A DNA stretch of 64,000 bases, taken from NCBI GenBank assembly GCA_965112735.1, contig OZ218965.1, positions 1,054,001 to 1,118,000 of the forward strand. The letters are read 5' to 3'. Shown here in pieces: positions 12,091 through 24,774 of this stretch (within the stretch, counting starts at the first letter, position 1; each line of letters starts with the position of its first letter). The notes under the pieces are model-generated. The model worked only from the letters and a program-made list of their open reading frames with translations. It was not told the origin of the DNA and did not search any database. Position numbers and translations under genes: made by a program. Source of the stretch: Phaeosaccion multiseriatum (taxonomy: Eukaryota; Protista; Ochrophyta, other classes).

Positions 12091-14352
12091 TCACAGGGAC
12101 AGCGTCTGCACAACCAAGCGTTTCTTGGGCAGGAGGCGTTTCATGCGAGGGTAACACCTCACCACACGCATGCTCGGAGGGAAGTCCAGCCTCTGCTCAT
12201 AGGCCCGACCTAATCCGAGTTCCTCCAAACAGGGCGGTAGCACTAGCGGCTCATTATACGAGAAGCACATGGAGAGGTCGAGCTTCAGTAGGGACGGGGG
12301 GAGACGCAAGGGTAACTGCCCCACTCCGCCCGTGAAGCAGTGCCCAAAGCGAGCCTCCTTGAGGCCCTCTGGCAACGCCGTCTGCTCCTGGTTGTAGCAG
12401 TAACCGAACTTGACGCTCTGGAGGGATGAAGGCAGGACAAGGGCCTGGTCGAAGCGCGTCCCTGACGTGTGTGTGTAGAGGGGGTGGGTGGGTGGGTGGG
12501 TGGGTGAGTGGGTGAGTGTGCGTAGGAGGCGGGATTGAGGAAATACAAGGGCAAGGGCTCAGAGAGGCCGGCACGTATCCGGGGGCGGCCTGCACACCCC
12601 CAAAAAGCCCCCAATGGGAGTCGCAAGCAATATCGAAAGGGAGACATACGAGCCTTGTCCTGCCTCTATGTCATGCATCCACCGCCGCCAGCCCCGTCCC
12701 TGCGCTCCGTCCCCTTCCCTCCTTCTCTTTCCTTCCTTCCTTCCTTCCTTCCTTCCAACTCCTCCCTCGGCTTGGGTTGTCATCCTTGTTTGAGGAGCGT
12801 TTTCTTTTCTCGAACTTACCAAACTCGGCATGCCTTAGGCCCTCAGGCAGCTCAATCTTGGCATTGAATAGCCCCGCAAGCTTGAGGGTTCGCAAGGTGG
12901 AGGGCAGCTTGACGTTCTGACGAAAGCAGAAGTCGAACGAAACATTCTCCATGCCCTCCGGTAGCTCTATAGGCCGATTAAATCTTGCTCCAAACGAGGC
13001 CGTCACAATCGACGATGGCAGCTCCACAGGATGATCGAAGAAGAACCCGAAGAAAACCTCTCGTAGGTGAGTTGGTAGTTCGATGGGGTGATTCCAGTCG
13101 TCGCCAAACTGAAGCTTGCGTAGCGTGGAGGGCAGGGCACCCACCTGCCCGTTGACGTTTTGCCCAAACTGTGCCTCCACCACACCCTCAGGAAGCACCA
13201 ACGTTGGGTCTTCCAGTCTGGCGTGCTTGATCACCATGAGGACTGGGAGGTGCGAGCCCTCATTATCATCATCATCATCGCCAACTGGTTCTTGCCACTG
13301 CTGCTGCTGCTGCTGCTGGTGGTGGTCCTCCTCCTCCTCCTCCTCCTCCTCCTCCTCCTCCTCCTCCTCCTCCTCCTCCTCCTCCTCCTCCTCCTCCCTC
13401 TCCTCCTCTTCCTCCTGCTCCGCATAGCGCCCACTTACGACGGTCTGATAGCCATCCAAATGCGTCCCGCTCAGCACTCTATCCAGGCGTACCTCCCGGA
13501 GCGAGCTGGGCAAAGTCACGCACACAGACGCCCCTGCTGCAAAGGTGACTCTCTTCAACCCCTCCGTCAGAATCAGACTCCTTCTCCAACCGGAGCCGAA
13601 GGTCAAACTCTCCAACGTTGCAGGTAGCTCCAAGGCGCGGTTAAAGGCTCGGCCAAATGTCACGTCTCTCACATGCGGCGGTAGCACTGTCGGCTCATTG
13701 TAGTTGGCCCCACACTCGATGGACAGCAGCGATGCTGGAAAGTCTGTGTGTTGGTTGTATCTGAAACCGAATGTAACCGTCCGCAGGGATGAAGGGAGCT
13801 GTGTGGGCCTATTGTACTTGTCACCGAGGTGTAAGTGTTGGAGGCCTTCGGGAAGCTCCAAAGCCTGGTCAAAGGTGGCGCCTGCTGCAGAGTGCATAAC
13901 AGAATACCCCGAGAGAGAGAGAGAGAGGAATGGGAGAGCGAGAGAGTGAGAGAGTCAGTGCGAGAGAAAAGAGAGAGGAAAAGGGATGGAGAGAGCGAGG
14001 GAGAGAAAGAAAGAAAGAGTGTGAGAGGAAGCAGTTGGACTCAAGGTGCACGATGGCATTAATCTTGCCCTCAAACATTGCTTGCCAGTAAGAAGCTGAC
14101 TGCTCCTCCTGTGACTGTGGCCCCACCAACGTACCGAGCTTGAGAGTCGTAAGAGAAGAGGGGAGAGCAAAGCGCACCGCTTCATTGAAAGCCTTTCCGA
14201 AAGTCGCCTCTAGGAGCCTCGCAGGCAGAAGGACGGGCTGTGAAAAGGAGTCCCCTGAGTGTGTGTGCGTGTGTGTGTGTGTGTGTGTGCGCGCGCGCGT
14301 GTGTGTGTGAGTGTGTGTGTGAGTATGTGTGTGTGTGTGAGTGTGTGTGTGA

Positions 14353-14383
<31 letters not shown>

Positions 14384-15636
14384 AGTGTGTGTGAGTGAGA
14401 TAGAGACACTAGTGTGTGCGAGTGCGCGGCAGGCAATAAATAGATTCGTCAGCCACCGAAAAAGAGGCGGCGAGGCCTCAGCACCCGCGCTGCTCCTGAA
14501 AGCGTTTCTGTCGTTCCCCCTTTCTCATAACACGGGAGGAGGGAGATGTAAAGAGGAGGAGGAGGAAGACGAGGAGGAGGAGGAGGAGGAGAAGGAGGAG
14601 GAGGAGGAGGAGGAGGAGGAGAAGGAGGAGGAGGAGGAGGAGGAGGAGGCCAGCCTTGGGGAGTAACCCTCCCTTGCAAAAAATTGCTCTGTTTACTCCA
14701 CTCCACTTCAATGTGCTTCATCTCACCGAAATCGACTCGGAGAAGGGTGCTCGGAAGCTCTAGCGGTTGATTGAAGCCCACGCTCCGTCTTCCCCACGAG
14801 TCCGCCCCACCCTCCAGCCCCCTGAAGGACAGCTCCTGCAAGCCCTCACTGAGGGCCGGCGCCTTGTTATACGTGCCAAAGCGCACCACGCGCAGAGAGC
14901 GCGGCAGCTGCACGGCCTGTCGAAACGAGTTAGAGAAAGTTATCTCTTCTATCCAGTCTGGAATGCGGACTGGCCCTTCGCCGTCCCCAAGCGAGAAGCG
15001 AAAGGAGCCTAGATAGAGGTCCTTTACGGACCGGGGCACCAGGCTCAAGCTGCTGTGCGCCAGTTCCGCTGCCCCCTTCCTGTAGGCAAGGGCATTCCTG
15101 GAATGCCGATCCTCCGCGTTGTGCCTAGCGGAAGGAGAGGAGAGCCCCAGCTTCACTTTTGTGACCGGGAAGCGGCGGAATGCACCCTCCTCCCCGACAA
15201 AGCCCCCCATGTCCTGGCGCCGCTGCGCCTGAAGCATGACCAAGAAGCGCTGTCGCACATCCTGTGGGACCTCCATGCCGATGACTATGCGTCTCGTGGC
15301 CAAGGCATCCACTTCTCGGCAGACGCCCCAAAGGTCTCTCTGGGAGCTCACCTGCCTCGTGACGATCTGGAGCACAAGCAGGCCATTCATGTCAGGGGTG
15401 GTGGGGGGCTGCTGCTGCTGCCGCTGCTGCTGCTTTTGCTGATGTCCTTGCTGCTGTTGCTGTGGTTGGTGTTGCTGTGGCTGCTGCTGCTGCTGCTGCT
15501 GCTGCTCCTGCTCGTGCTGCTGGTACATTCCGACCTCCATCTGGGCGGCAGCTGCGCCTTCTGCGGCTGGCGCTGGAGCCGCTGCTTGTACCGACGATTC
15601 CCAGGTCGCCGTTCGCTTCCTTCCTTTCCTTTCCAT
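12091..15636 (-). CDS. FNIP-repeat protein, multi-exon, possible F-box-like N-terminal helix
   Basis: Many ~20-22 aa repeats of the FNQPLELPSTL/YNRPTQLPSSLRTVTFG/FDHPVELPSSI type across ORFs 14449-15717, 12671-13897 and 12091-12375. Confidence 0.85.
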
Positions 15637-16358
15637 CCTTGTATATATATATATAGCGTTGGTGCGTCCGTTCATAGTTCGACTTCGCCGCCATCTGTGG
15701 CCCACACACGCACGCACATCATTTTGCTCTTTTCTTCACTTCTTTCTTTACGCACATACTAGAAGAGCCTAAGAGCCTTAGGTTGGTTCCTGTGAGCCAA
15801 TAAAGTGCCTTCGCTGCTGGATGGTGTATTGGATCGAGCGATCGATGTGTTGGTTAGGGGGGGGGAGGAGGTGAGCAGAAAGCACATTACAACGTGTGAA
15901 ACACGTAAGAGACTTCGTGACTTAAGTGTGTGTCCTGTATTACCTCCCTCCGATCCCCCACAATGAGCAAAAGCGCAAGCCAAGTAGGACCTGTCCTGTC
16001 TGTCCTGTCGCTCCACGTCCTCTCTGGGTTCGCCACTCTCCACCCTCCCCTCCTCCTCCTCTCCTCCTCTACTCTCACTCTACCCCTCCCCTTCATCCTC
16101 TATACTCCCATACGGGGCAGCTGCAACCCACCCCTTTGCCTTTCCTCCACTCCCTGCTACCTTCTTCCTCCTCCCCTCCCCTCCTCTCCTTCCTCTGTCG
16201 CCCCCTTCCTTTCCACAACAGAGAAACAAGCAAAAAACCCCACGCTCGTCCACACACCCCCCCGCCTACAATAAAAACATAAAAACCAAAATCACAACCC
16301 CAAACCCTCAATCCAAACCTCCTGCCCCACCGCCATCCACTGCCATCCCTCTCCCCAC

Positions 16359-19300
16359 TCAGAAGGGTGCCTCTGAAACCGCCCCCCCTCCCCCTCCCTG
16401 CTGCCCCCCCCCCCCTCCCGCGAAGTGCTCCTCTTCGTCATCGCTCGTGACTATCCAATCGTCGTTCACGTCGAGCTCCATCCCCTCCCCCACGTCCCTT
16501 TCGTCTTCTGCAGCGAGCCGGTTGTAATCGTGGAAGGCGAATCGATCCCACTCGGTCTGTGTGGGTGGGGCATGGTAGGGTGGGGTAGGGTAGGGTAGGG
16601 TAGGGCAAGGTAAGGTAGGGTAGGGTGGGGTGGGGTAGGGTAGGGTAGGGTAGGGTAGGGTAGGGTAGGGTAGGGTAGAGTAGGGTAGGTGGAGGGAGCG
16701 AGTGAGATAGAGGAGAAGGAGCCACACAAGATTACCGGGAGAGGGAGAGGGAGAGGGCAAGAGAGTAGTGAGTGAGCAAGGACAAGAGAACGAACGAGTC
16801 AAGCCGTCCCTCACGGAACCTCCCTGGTGATTCCTATTACGTCAATAAATAGCCTCCCTGGCCCCCACCAGGCAGGCAAACCTTAGGGACACATTTGGCT
16901 GCATTTCATGGCTTTCTTTCGCGCCTTTCCTGAACTAACCAATTCGCCGCCCCCTCCCTCCTTAAAAACTTTTTCCTTCCATTCATACCTCCATGCCCGC
17001 CGTCGGACCCACGCCTCTCTTTCCCCCCTCCCTCCCAGACTGAATTCCTCTCTTCTGCTGCTACTGCTGTACCACCAACTGCTGCTTATTCTGGCCCTCT
17101 CTCCTGTCTCTCTCACCTCGAAGGGGTCGTTTCTCTTTTGCCGCTCTGCGAAGGGGTCGCGCTGTTCAAAGGCAATGAACTTGTTCAAGTTGAATAGCGC
17201 GTCAAAGAACACTCCAGCCACCTTTGGGCGGTTGGGTGGATGGACGGGAGTGCACGGTTAATTGATTGGGTGGCTGGTTAACTGGTTGGTTAGGTGGTTG
17301 GTTGGTTGGTTGGTTGGTTGGATGGATGGCTGGATGGTTGGAGAATTGGTTGGTTGATTGGTTGGATGGTTCGTTGGTTTGTTGATTGGGTAGGTGGTTG
17401 TGGGTGGGTAGGTGGGTGGGTACTGGCTGGGTGAAAGGCCAACGGACATGAAGATCGAGATGGATGTAAAGAGCACGCCCCCACACCCACACCCACCCCC
17501 CCCCCCTCCCTCCCTCTGTATCACTAACTCCTTACCTTGATGACGTCCTCCTGCAGAAAGTCCCTAAGCTCCACCCATTGCCTGTCCGCCGGCAGCTTGA
17601 TCATATCCCACATTTGGCAAATCACATCTTCGTAGGGTACCACCTCGTGCCCAAGGCTCTCCATACGGTGGATCTGGGGGCGGGGGAGAGGATGAGGAGG
17701 AGGAGAAGGAGGAGGGGGAGGAGAGAGGAGGAGGAGGAGGAGGAGGAGGAGAGAGGAGGAGGAGAGAGGAGGAGGGGGAGGAGGAGGAGGAGGAGGGTAA
17801 GAAGAAGAAGATGGAGGGGGGGGAGAAGGGGGGGGAGGAGGGGAAGTAGAGGGAGCAGGGGGAGGAGTAGGAGGGGGAGGAGGGAGGAGGGGAAGGAGGA
17901 GGAGGAGGAGGAGGAGGAGGAGGAGGAGGAGGAGGAGGAGGAGGAAGAAGACACAGACGCAGCGGCCAGAGCATATCAACACCAGCAACACGAGCCGCAA
18001 AGCCCCTCACTAGCCCCCCCGCTCCCTCCCCCTCTCCCCTCCTCCTTCACCCACCCCCTCCCTCCCCTCCTCCCTCTGTACCACCAACAACAACACCATG
18101 TACCTGCAAGTTGTAAAAGTATCGCATTTCCATATGCCTAATCTTCTTGTCACCGTCAAGATCACAGCAGTCAAACCAGTAACGCAGGCTGCGTTCGCTG
18201 CCTCGGTCCTCCTCACTGAGGGTGTGCAGCAAGAGACGGAGAGGGGGAGATATACACGGGGGAGGGAGGGAGACGAGGGGGGTACGGAGTGCAGGAGGGG
18301 GTGGGAGAGGGAGGGAAGGGGGGAGGAGGCCGTTCAGCAAGGCGCGAGAGAGAGAAAGCGAGACAGCCCATAACAAACAAGAGCTGATGGAGCACAACGC
18401 GCACACACGTACGCACCTGAGCATGAAGTACACGTAGTCGTCATAAGTCATGAAATCTCTGTCCTCCTCAGAGCGAGGGCCCCATGGCCGATGCCCAATC
18501 TGAACGAGATGGCAGTGGATGGAAGGAGGAGAAGGAGGAGGAGGAGGAGGAGGAGGAGGAGGAGGAGGAGGAGGAGGAGAAGAGGAGGAGGAGGAGGAGG
18601 AGGAGGAGGAGGAGGAGGAGGAAGGAGGAGAAGGAGGAGGAGGAGAAGGAGGGAGGAGAGCACGGCAGAAGGTAGGTCAGTGAAAGAGGGAGTGGAAAAA
18701 GAAGGAAGGCACCGATGGACTTCAGGACAGCAAAAGAGAGCTGGAGGACGACCGATGAGACGATGGAACGAAAGAATGGAACCAAGATCACGCCGCATGC
18801 CACAAGTCGTCACCAACCACACCCACCCCTTTTTCCCTCCCCTCCACCCCCTCTCCTTCCCTTTCCTCCCTCCCTCCCTCCTTCCCTCCCTCCGGCCCTC
18901 CCTCCCTCGCTCCCTCCCTCCCCCTTTCCTCACCTCCATAATCCTATCAACGATAGCCCGACTCATGCCGTGCTCGCCGTACTTTAGCAGGTCCTCCCTG
19001 TTAGCGAATAAGTCAATGATTGTGTGTAAGTCAACGATTGTGTGTAATCACTGTCAAGTGAGAGTGAGACTCTCTCTCTCTGTCTCACACAGGCGGTACT
19101 CGGAGTCCTGGCAATTGATGGGAGATGGAGGGATGGCAGCAGATGGAGGGATGGCAGTGGATGGAGGCATGGTAGGTGCATGTACCTGCTGAGCCTTGAG
19201 TCCCTGTCGCTGTCCAGCTCGTAGAAGCGACAGAAGAGGACGTAGAAGTGCTCATAGGAGAAGTACTCTGTCACCTTGTTGATGTCCTCCTCCTGTTGAT

Positions 19301-22300
19301 CATTCAGTCATTTAGGCGTTTCAGGCGTTTCAGAAGGGAGAAATGACAGTGGGTGGGGGGTGGGTGAGTGGGTGGGATGGTGCGTTGGTCCTCTTCCTCT
19401 CTTTTCTCCCGTCGTCCCTCCCTCCTTCATCCTCCTGTTCTTACCCCCCCTCCCCTTCCCCTCCCCCGCTCCCTCCCTCCCTCCCTCCCTCCCTCCTTCC
19501 TCCATCCCCCTCCTCTTACCCCCTCCTCCCTCCCTCCCTCCCTCCTCCCTCCTCTCACCTCGTCCACGAGGCTGAAGGCTTCCACAATGTTACTTCTCCG
19601 AACCTCCCGCGCTGATATCTTTCCATTGCGCATCGTGTTGATCTCGTAGAAAATCCTGTAGAGGCGGAGGGGGGGGGAGGGAAGAGGGAGTGAGTGGGTG
19701 CGTGTGGGTGGTGAGTGAGTGGGTGGGTGAGATACAGAGGGGGGGTGGGAAAACACCCCCCCCCCCCCCCAAAACCAAGCTGCACACCTTCTCAACAAAA
19801 TAAAAGAAAAAAGGACCAATGAATCCCACTCCCACTTCCAATGCCCCTCCCTCCCACCCTCCCTCCCCCTCCCCCTCCTCCCCATCCACTGCCATCCACC
19901 CATCCCTGCCTGACGAACTGACCTGGTGGTGACGGTGGAGGCATACTTGGAGTGAAAGTCAGGGTGTGACTCTAGGAATTCAAGCCCCGGATGGTACTGG
20001 ATGAGCTCACGGATGAAGGGCTCGAAGTCCTCCACCTTGATGGGTGTCAGGACAGGACAGGCAAAGGGGAAGGGGATGTCAGAGGCATATGGGCATGAGT
20101 ATGAGCATGGCAGGCAGGTATATGGGCATAGACAGGCACACAGCTATGAGCAGGCACAGAAGCTTCGACATCGATATTGATAAAGGTCACATAAACTGGA
20201 AACTGATAAATGGGCAGGCATATGGGTAGAAGTGGGCAGGCATATGAGTATGGGCAGCAGTCCTATCGTGGTACCTCGATGACGTCAGCGCTCTCCTGCT
20301 TGACGAGGCGGAAGAAACGGTCCATGGCGTCGAAGGGTTCGATCTCACGCCTCCAGAAGCCTTCGAACTCCTTTTTGGTGATGCGCGAGTCCTCCTGCTC
20401 CACATCCGCTCCTCTCCCTGTGGGGTGGGGCGGGAGGGGAGGTAGGGGTGAGTGAGTGAGTGAGTGGGCGGGAGCACGTGAGTGAGTGAGTGAGAAAGGT
20501 AGCGTAAAATTGGCGATCTGGTCCTGTGAGTGGCTTGACTGGCTGACTGACAAACTCAGTAACTGACTTGACCCACTGACTGATTCACTGACTGACTGAC
20601 TGACTTGATTCACTGACTGACTGTCTGACTGTCTGACTGACTGACTGACTGACTGTCTGTCTGACTGGCTGACTGATTCACTGACTGACTGTCTGACTGA
20701 TTGATTGACTGACTGACTGACTGACTGACTGACTGTCTGACTGGCTGACTGATTCAGTGACTGACTGTCTGACTGATTGACTGACTGACTGTTTGACTGA
20801 CTGTCTGACTGATTGACTGACTGACTGTCTGACTGTCTGACTGGCTGACTGATTCAGTGACTGACTGTCTGACTCACCTGACTGCACGAGTATCCTCCTA
20901 AAGAGGACGGCGTTGAAGAAGGAGGGGAAGCCGCAGAGAGTCTTTGTCACTGGCACGAAGTCCTCCACGATCATACCCTGGGGAGAGGAACCAGGGAGGG
21001 AGGGAGGGAGGGAGGGAGGGGGAGGGGGAGGGAGAGAGGGAGGGGGGGAGGGAGGGAAGGACGGAGGGGGAGGGGGAGGGAGAGAGGGAGGGGGGGAGGG
21101 AGGGAAGGACGGAGGGGGGCAGGCAGGCAGGGAGGGAGGGAGAGAGGGAGGAAAGGAAGGTTACGAAGGAAGGAAGGGAGGGAGGGCAAGGGAGGCAGGG
21201 AGAGAGAGAGATGGCGAGACTTGATAAGCAGCGCAGGTGGCAAGCAAGCACGGCTTGTCCTCGACTGTAGAACCCCCCCCCCCCCCCCTCTCTCTCTCTT
21301 ACCTCCGGATGCCCCGCAAAGAGCTGATCGATTTCCCCTTGCCTTAGCTCAAGCTGGTCCGCGAGCGGGGGCTTCCCCCTGCCCCTCCCACCCTCACCCT
21401 CGGAATAGAAGGCAGGGATGGTGGCCACGGCCTTCTTCTTACTACCACTACCACTACCACTACCACCACCACCACCACCACCACCACCACTACCACCACC
21501 ATCGCCACCACCAACACTGTTCTCGTCGTGGTTGGCGCCTCCCTTCGACACTGAGGAGTCGTGGCTCGCATCGCGCAGAGAGGATGCGGAAGAGGAGAGA
21601 CCGAGCCCATCGGGGAGAAGCCTCTCCTTCTCCTTGTCCGACGATGAGTGGAAGCGATCGAAGCGACCAGAGCGCGAGCTTGGAGAGCAACTGTTACTGC
21701 CACTGCTCCCTGCTCCTCCCCCTCCTCCTCCCGCCCCCCAGCCGTGGGCTGACTTCCCTTGTGTGTTGGGCGATCGAGGGGGCGCTGCCGCTGCTGCTGC
21801 CGCCGCCGCTGCTACTGCTGTCGGCCCGCTAGGACTTGCCCCCCCTCCTGTGCTCAGCCTGGGTGAAGAGAAGGAGGGGGGTGTGTGTGTGGGGTGGGGG
21901 GGGGAGGTTAAAGCAGGAGGGTAAAGGCAGTGTGAAAAGAGCGAAGAAGGCAAAGGGCACCAATCAATCAATCAACCAATCAATCAATCAAGTCCAGCTC
22001 AAGGTCAGGCCGTGAGGCGAGAAGGAAGAGTGCGAGGTGTGTGTGTGTGTGTGTGTGTTTTGGCGTAGAGAGAGAGAGAGAGGAGATGGGAAAGAAGCTG
22101 AAAACAAACGACGACGGAAGATTTAAGCTCGGTCCTTCCGCTTCTCCTCCCTTACCTCGGCGATGCAGCAGAAGATGAGGTCTGTTGCAGTATGGAGAGC
22201 AGAGACGTGGACTGTGGCTTCTCTAATACAACATCGTCACCACAGCTCAGGGCCTCCAGATTCTGCTCCAGCACCTGCCGGGCCTCGTTTGAGCTCAGCC

Positions 22301-22916
22301 TGTGGGCCGAGGAGGGAGAGGAGGAGGCGGAGGAGGAGGATGAGGAAGAGGAGGAGGAGGAGGAGGAGAAGAAGAAGAAGAAGAAGAAGAAGAAGAAGAA
22401 GAAGAAGAAGAGAAAGAAGAAGAAGAAGAAGAAGAAGAAGAAGAAGAAGAAGACGAATTCAGTCGAAAGCGTTGAGGTGGGAACGAGGGTCACAGAGCGG
22501 CACACAAGAAAACGGTTGGAAGGGTAAAACCACACGAGAAGGAGTGCTTTCAACCCCCTCACTCAGCCGGCGTCCTTCTCCTCCTCCCCCATCAGCAACC
22601 CCTCCATTCTCCTCCTCTCTGTCTCTCCCATTCCTGCGTACCAGTGGATAAAGAGCTCGTCCATCTTCATTCTCGCGCCCACGTACTCATCATCGGGCAC
22701 CATCGTCGAGCTGAGCGACATGCTCAACGAGATACGGGGCACCTCAGTTGTCGCTGCTGCTCCTGGCGCCACCCGCCCCCGTCCTTTGTGACCTCCGCCG
22801 CCCCCTGCAGAGAACTTTGACTCATTCGCTGATGCCGACGCTGCCTCTGCCGCTGCTGCTGACTCTGATTGAGGCGCGACTGCCACCCGGAGGCCCTGCT
22901 TGTCCTTGTCCTGCAT
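16359..22916 (-). CDS. Serine/threonine protein phosphatase 2A regulatory subunit B'' (PR72/PPP2R3 family, EF-hand), ~14 exons
   Basis: Exon peptides [97 protein letters not shown] and [14 protein letters not shown] are hallmark B'' sequences. Confidence 0.95.
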
Positions 22917-24774
22917 AGTGGTTTAGGTGTGGTACGTATGTTTTTGTGCGACTGACGATGTGCTTGCTGCTGCTCCTGTGTGGTTCTCTCGAACGCACAC
23001 CAACCCCTTGCGCGTCCCTGGCCCAGTAGTAGCCCCTCCTACTGTTACGATGCTGCTAGATTCTCTGGAGTGGGAGCGATAGGTGCTCTTCGTTCCTTTT
23101 TTTTTAAAAGGGTCTACGCGGCTGTATTCGACCTTCGGATCGATTTCGCCTGCAAAGAACGACTCGAGCAAATCTCGATCACTCCTTGCCACGTCTTGAC
23201 GCTCGTGATATCACCGAGAGAGGGTAGAGGCCCATGTGCAGAAAAAGCCGTGGCTTCTCTCCCTTTTTCCCGCTCTCCCTCTCCCAACTCCCACCCAACG
23301 CCTTACTTTTTCCCTTCTCAGCTTTAAATTCGCCTCCTGGCTTCTCGCCTTTCGGCCTCCATCTCCTTCTCCCTCTTCACTCTCTCACACCATTCAAAGC
23401 TGTCTCTGAAAGGTGAAGGAGACACACACAATTTTTCTCTTTTGTGAAAAAGGCGTGCCCGATCGTGCCCCAAAGAAGTGGAGAAGTGGGCATTGACACC
23501 CAAGAGGGAAAAGGAAAAGAGGGGGGGGGTTGGATGACAGTTTCGGCCGCGTTTTCCGGCCGCTTTTCCCAAAAATTCACGCACCCACTCGCGCACCCGC
23601 CGCCCACCCACAATCCCACACTTACACGTTCCCTTCCTCTCTCCCTCTCCCTCCCTCCCTTCCTCTCTCTCCTTCCTTTCACTACTCTCTCAGGTACATA
23701 CGCACACGCACGCACCACGCACCCACCACCTCGAACCACCCACGCCCACCCACGCACCCATGCACTCAAGAAACAAAGGGCCGGCAGCGACATGGCAATT
23801 CCCCGATCTCTATGGTCACCGAGGCAGGAGTCTCTGCTTCCAAATCGCATCCACGGGAGCAACCACAACCAAAAAAATGTTGCCATTGTCCCTACCACGA
23901 TCGCAAAGACTGACGCAAGCACGACACAGGGCCCCTTCAAGGAGGCAAGGCGCTAAAGAAAAACCCACCCATACTTTCATAATTAAGAGCAATTAATATC
24001 AATTAACTAGATATTACAACCGTTTTCTACAACCTCCCTCCACCCTTAAACTAACTATAACTATAACAGAAGTACTTTTGTCCTGTTTGGCCCTCCTCGA
24101 CGGATCGATCGACCGATCGCCTTGTCCGTACGGAACACCGGACAATCATATGTGAAACATGTGCCTCGCTGTCCACGGTAGGGTATGCCCAATGTCCACT
24201 CCTCCTTCGCTCTCTACAACACTCAGAAGAAGAAAAAAAACAGACCACAACTCATCAGTTATTCGTCACACACACACACAGAGGTAATAATAGAAACACT
24301 GAGACGGAAAGGGGCGTTAAATCGAATCTACTCCACACCCTCCACCCTCCCTTCCCCAACCCCGGACTTGTCCTCCCTCATGCAGGGCTGTCGACGCTCC
24401 TCTCTCCGCTCAGCGATGGTCCCTCATGCCATCAGTAGTGCCCTTCCCCCCACTCACCGCTGCTGCCCGTGACTCTCCTCACTACATCCTCTGTTCCCTC
24501 GTCCTGCTCTCCGGCGGCTCTCTCCTTCCCAAGCGTCGGTGGTGCTGTATCATCCCCACCCCATCCAGTGCCATCCCTGACGTATTCAAACCCATCCAGT
24601 GCCATCCCATACACCCACTCACCCCATCCCGCTCACACGTACATGCTGAGAGCATATGGGGCATATCCTCCACTCACACTCAAGTGTCTTCCTCCACTCA
24701 CACTTGGGCCACCCCTCCGCTCACATTGGGCATAGCATTCATCACCCACGCTTAGGTCAGGTTAATGGGGGGGC

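Noticed and set aside
22923-24700. ORFs upstream of PP2A B''
   Set aside because: No recognisable motifs; the composition fits promoter and UTR sequence.
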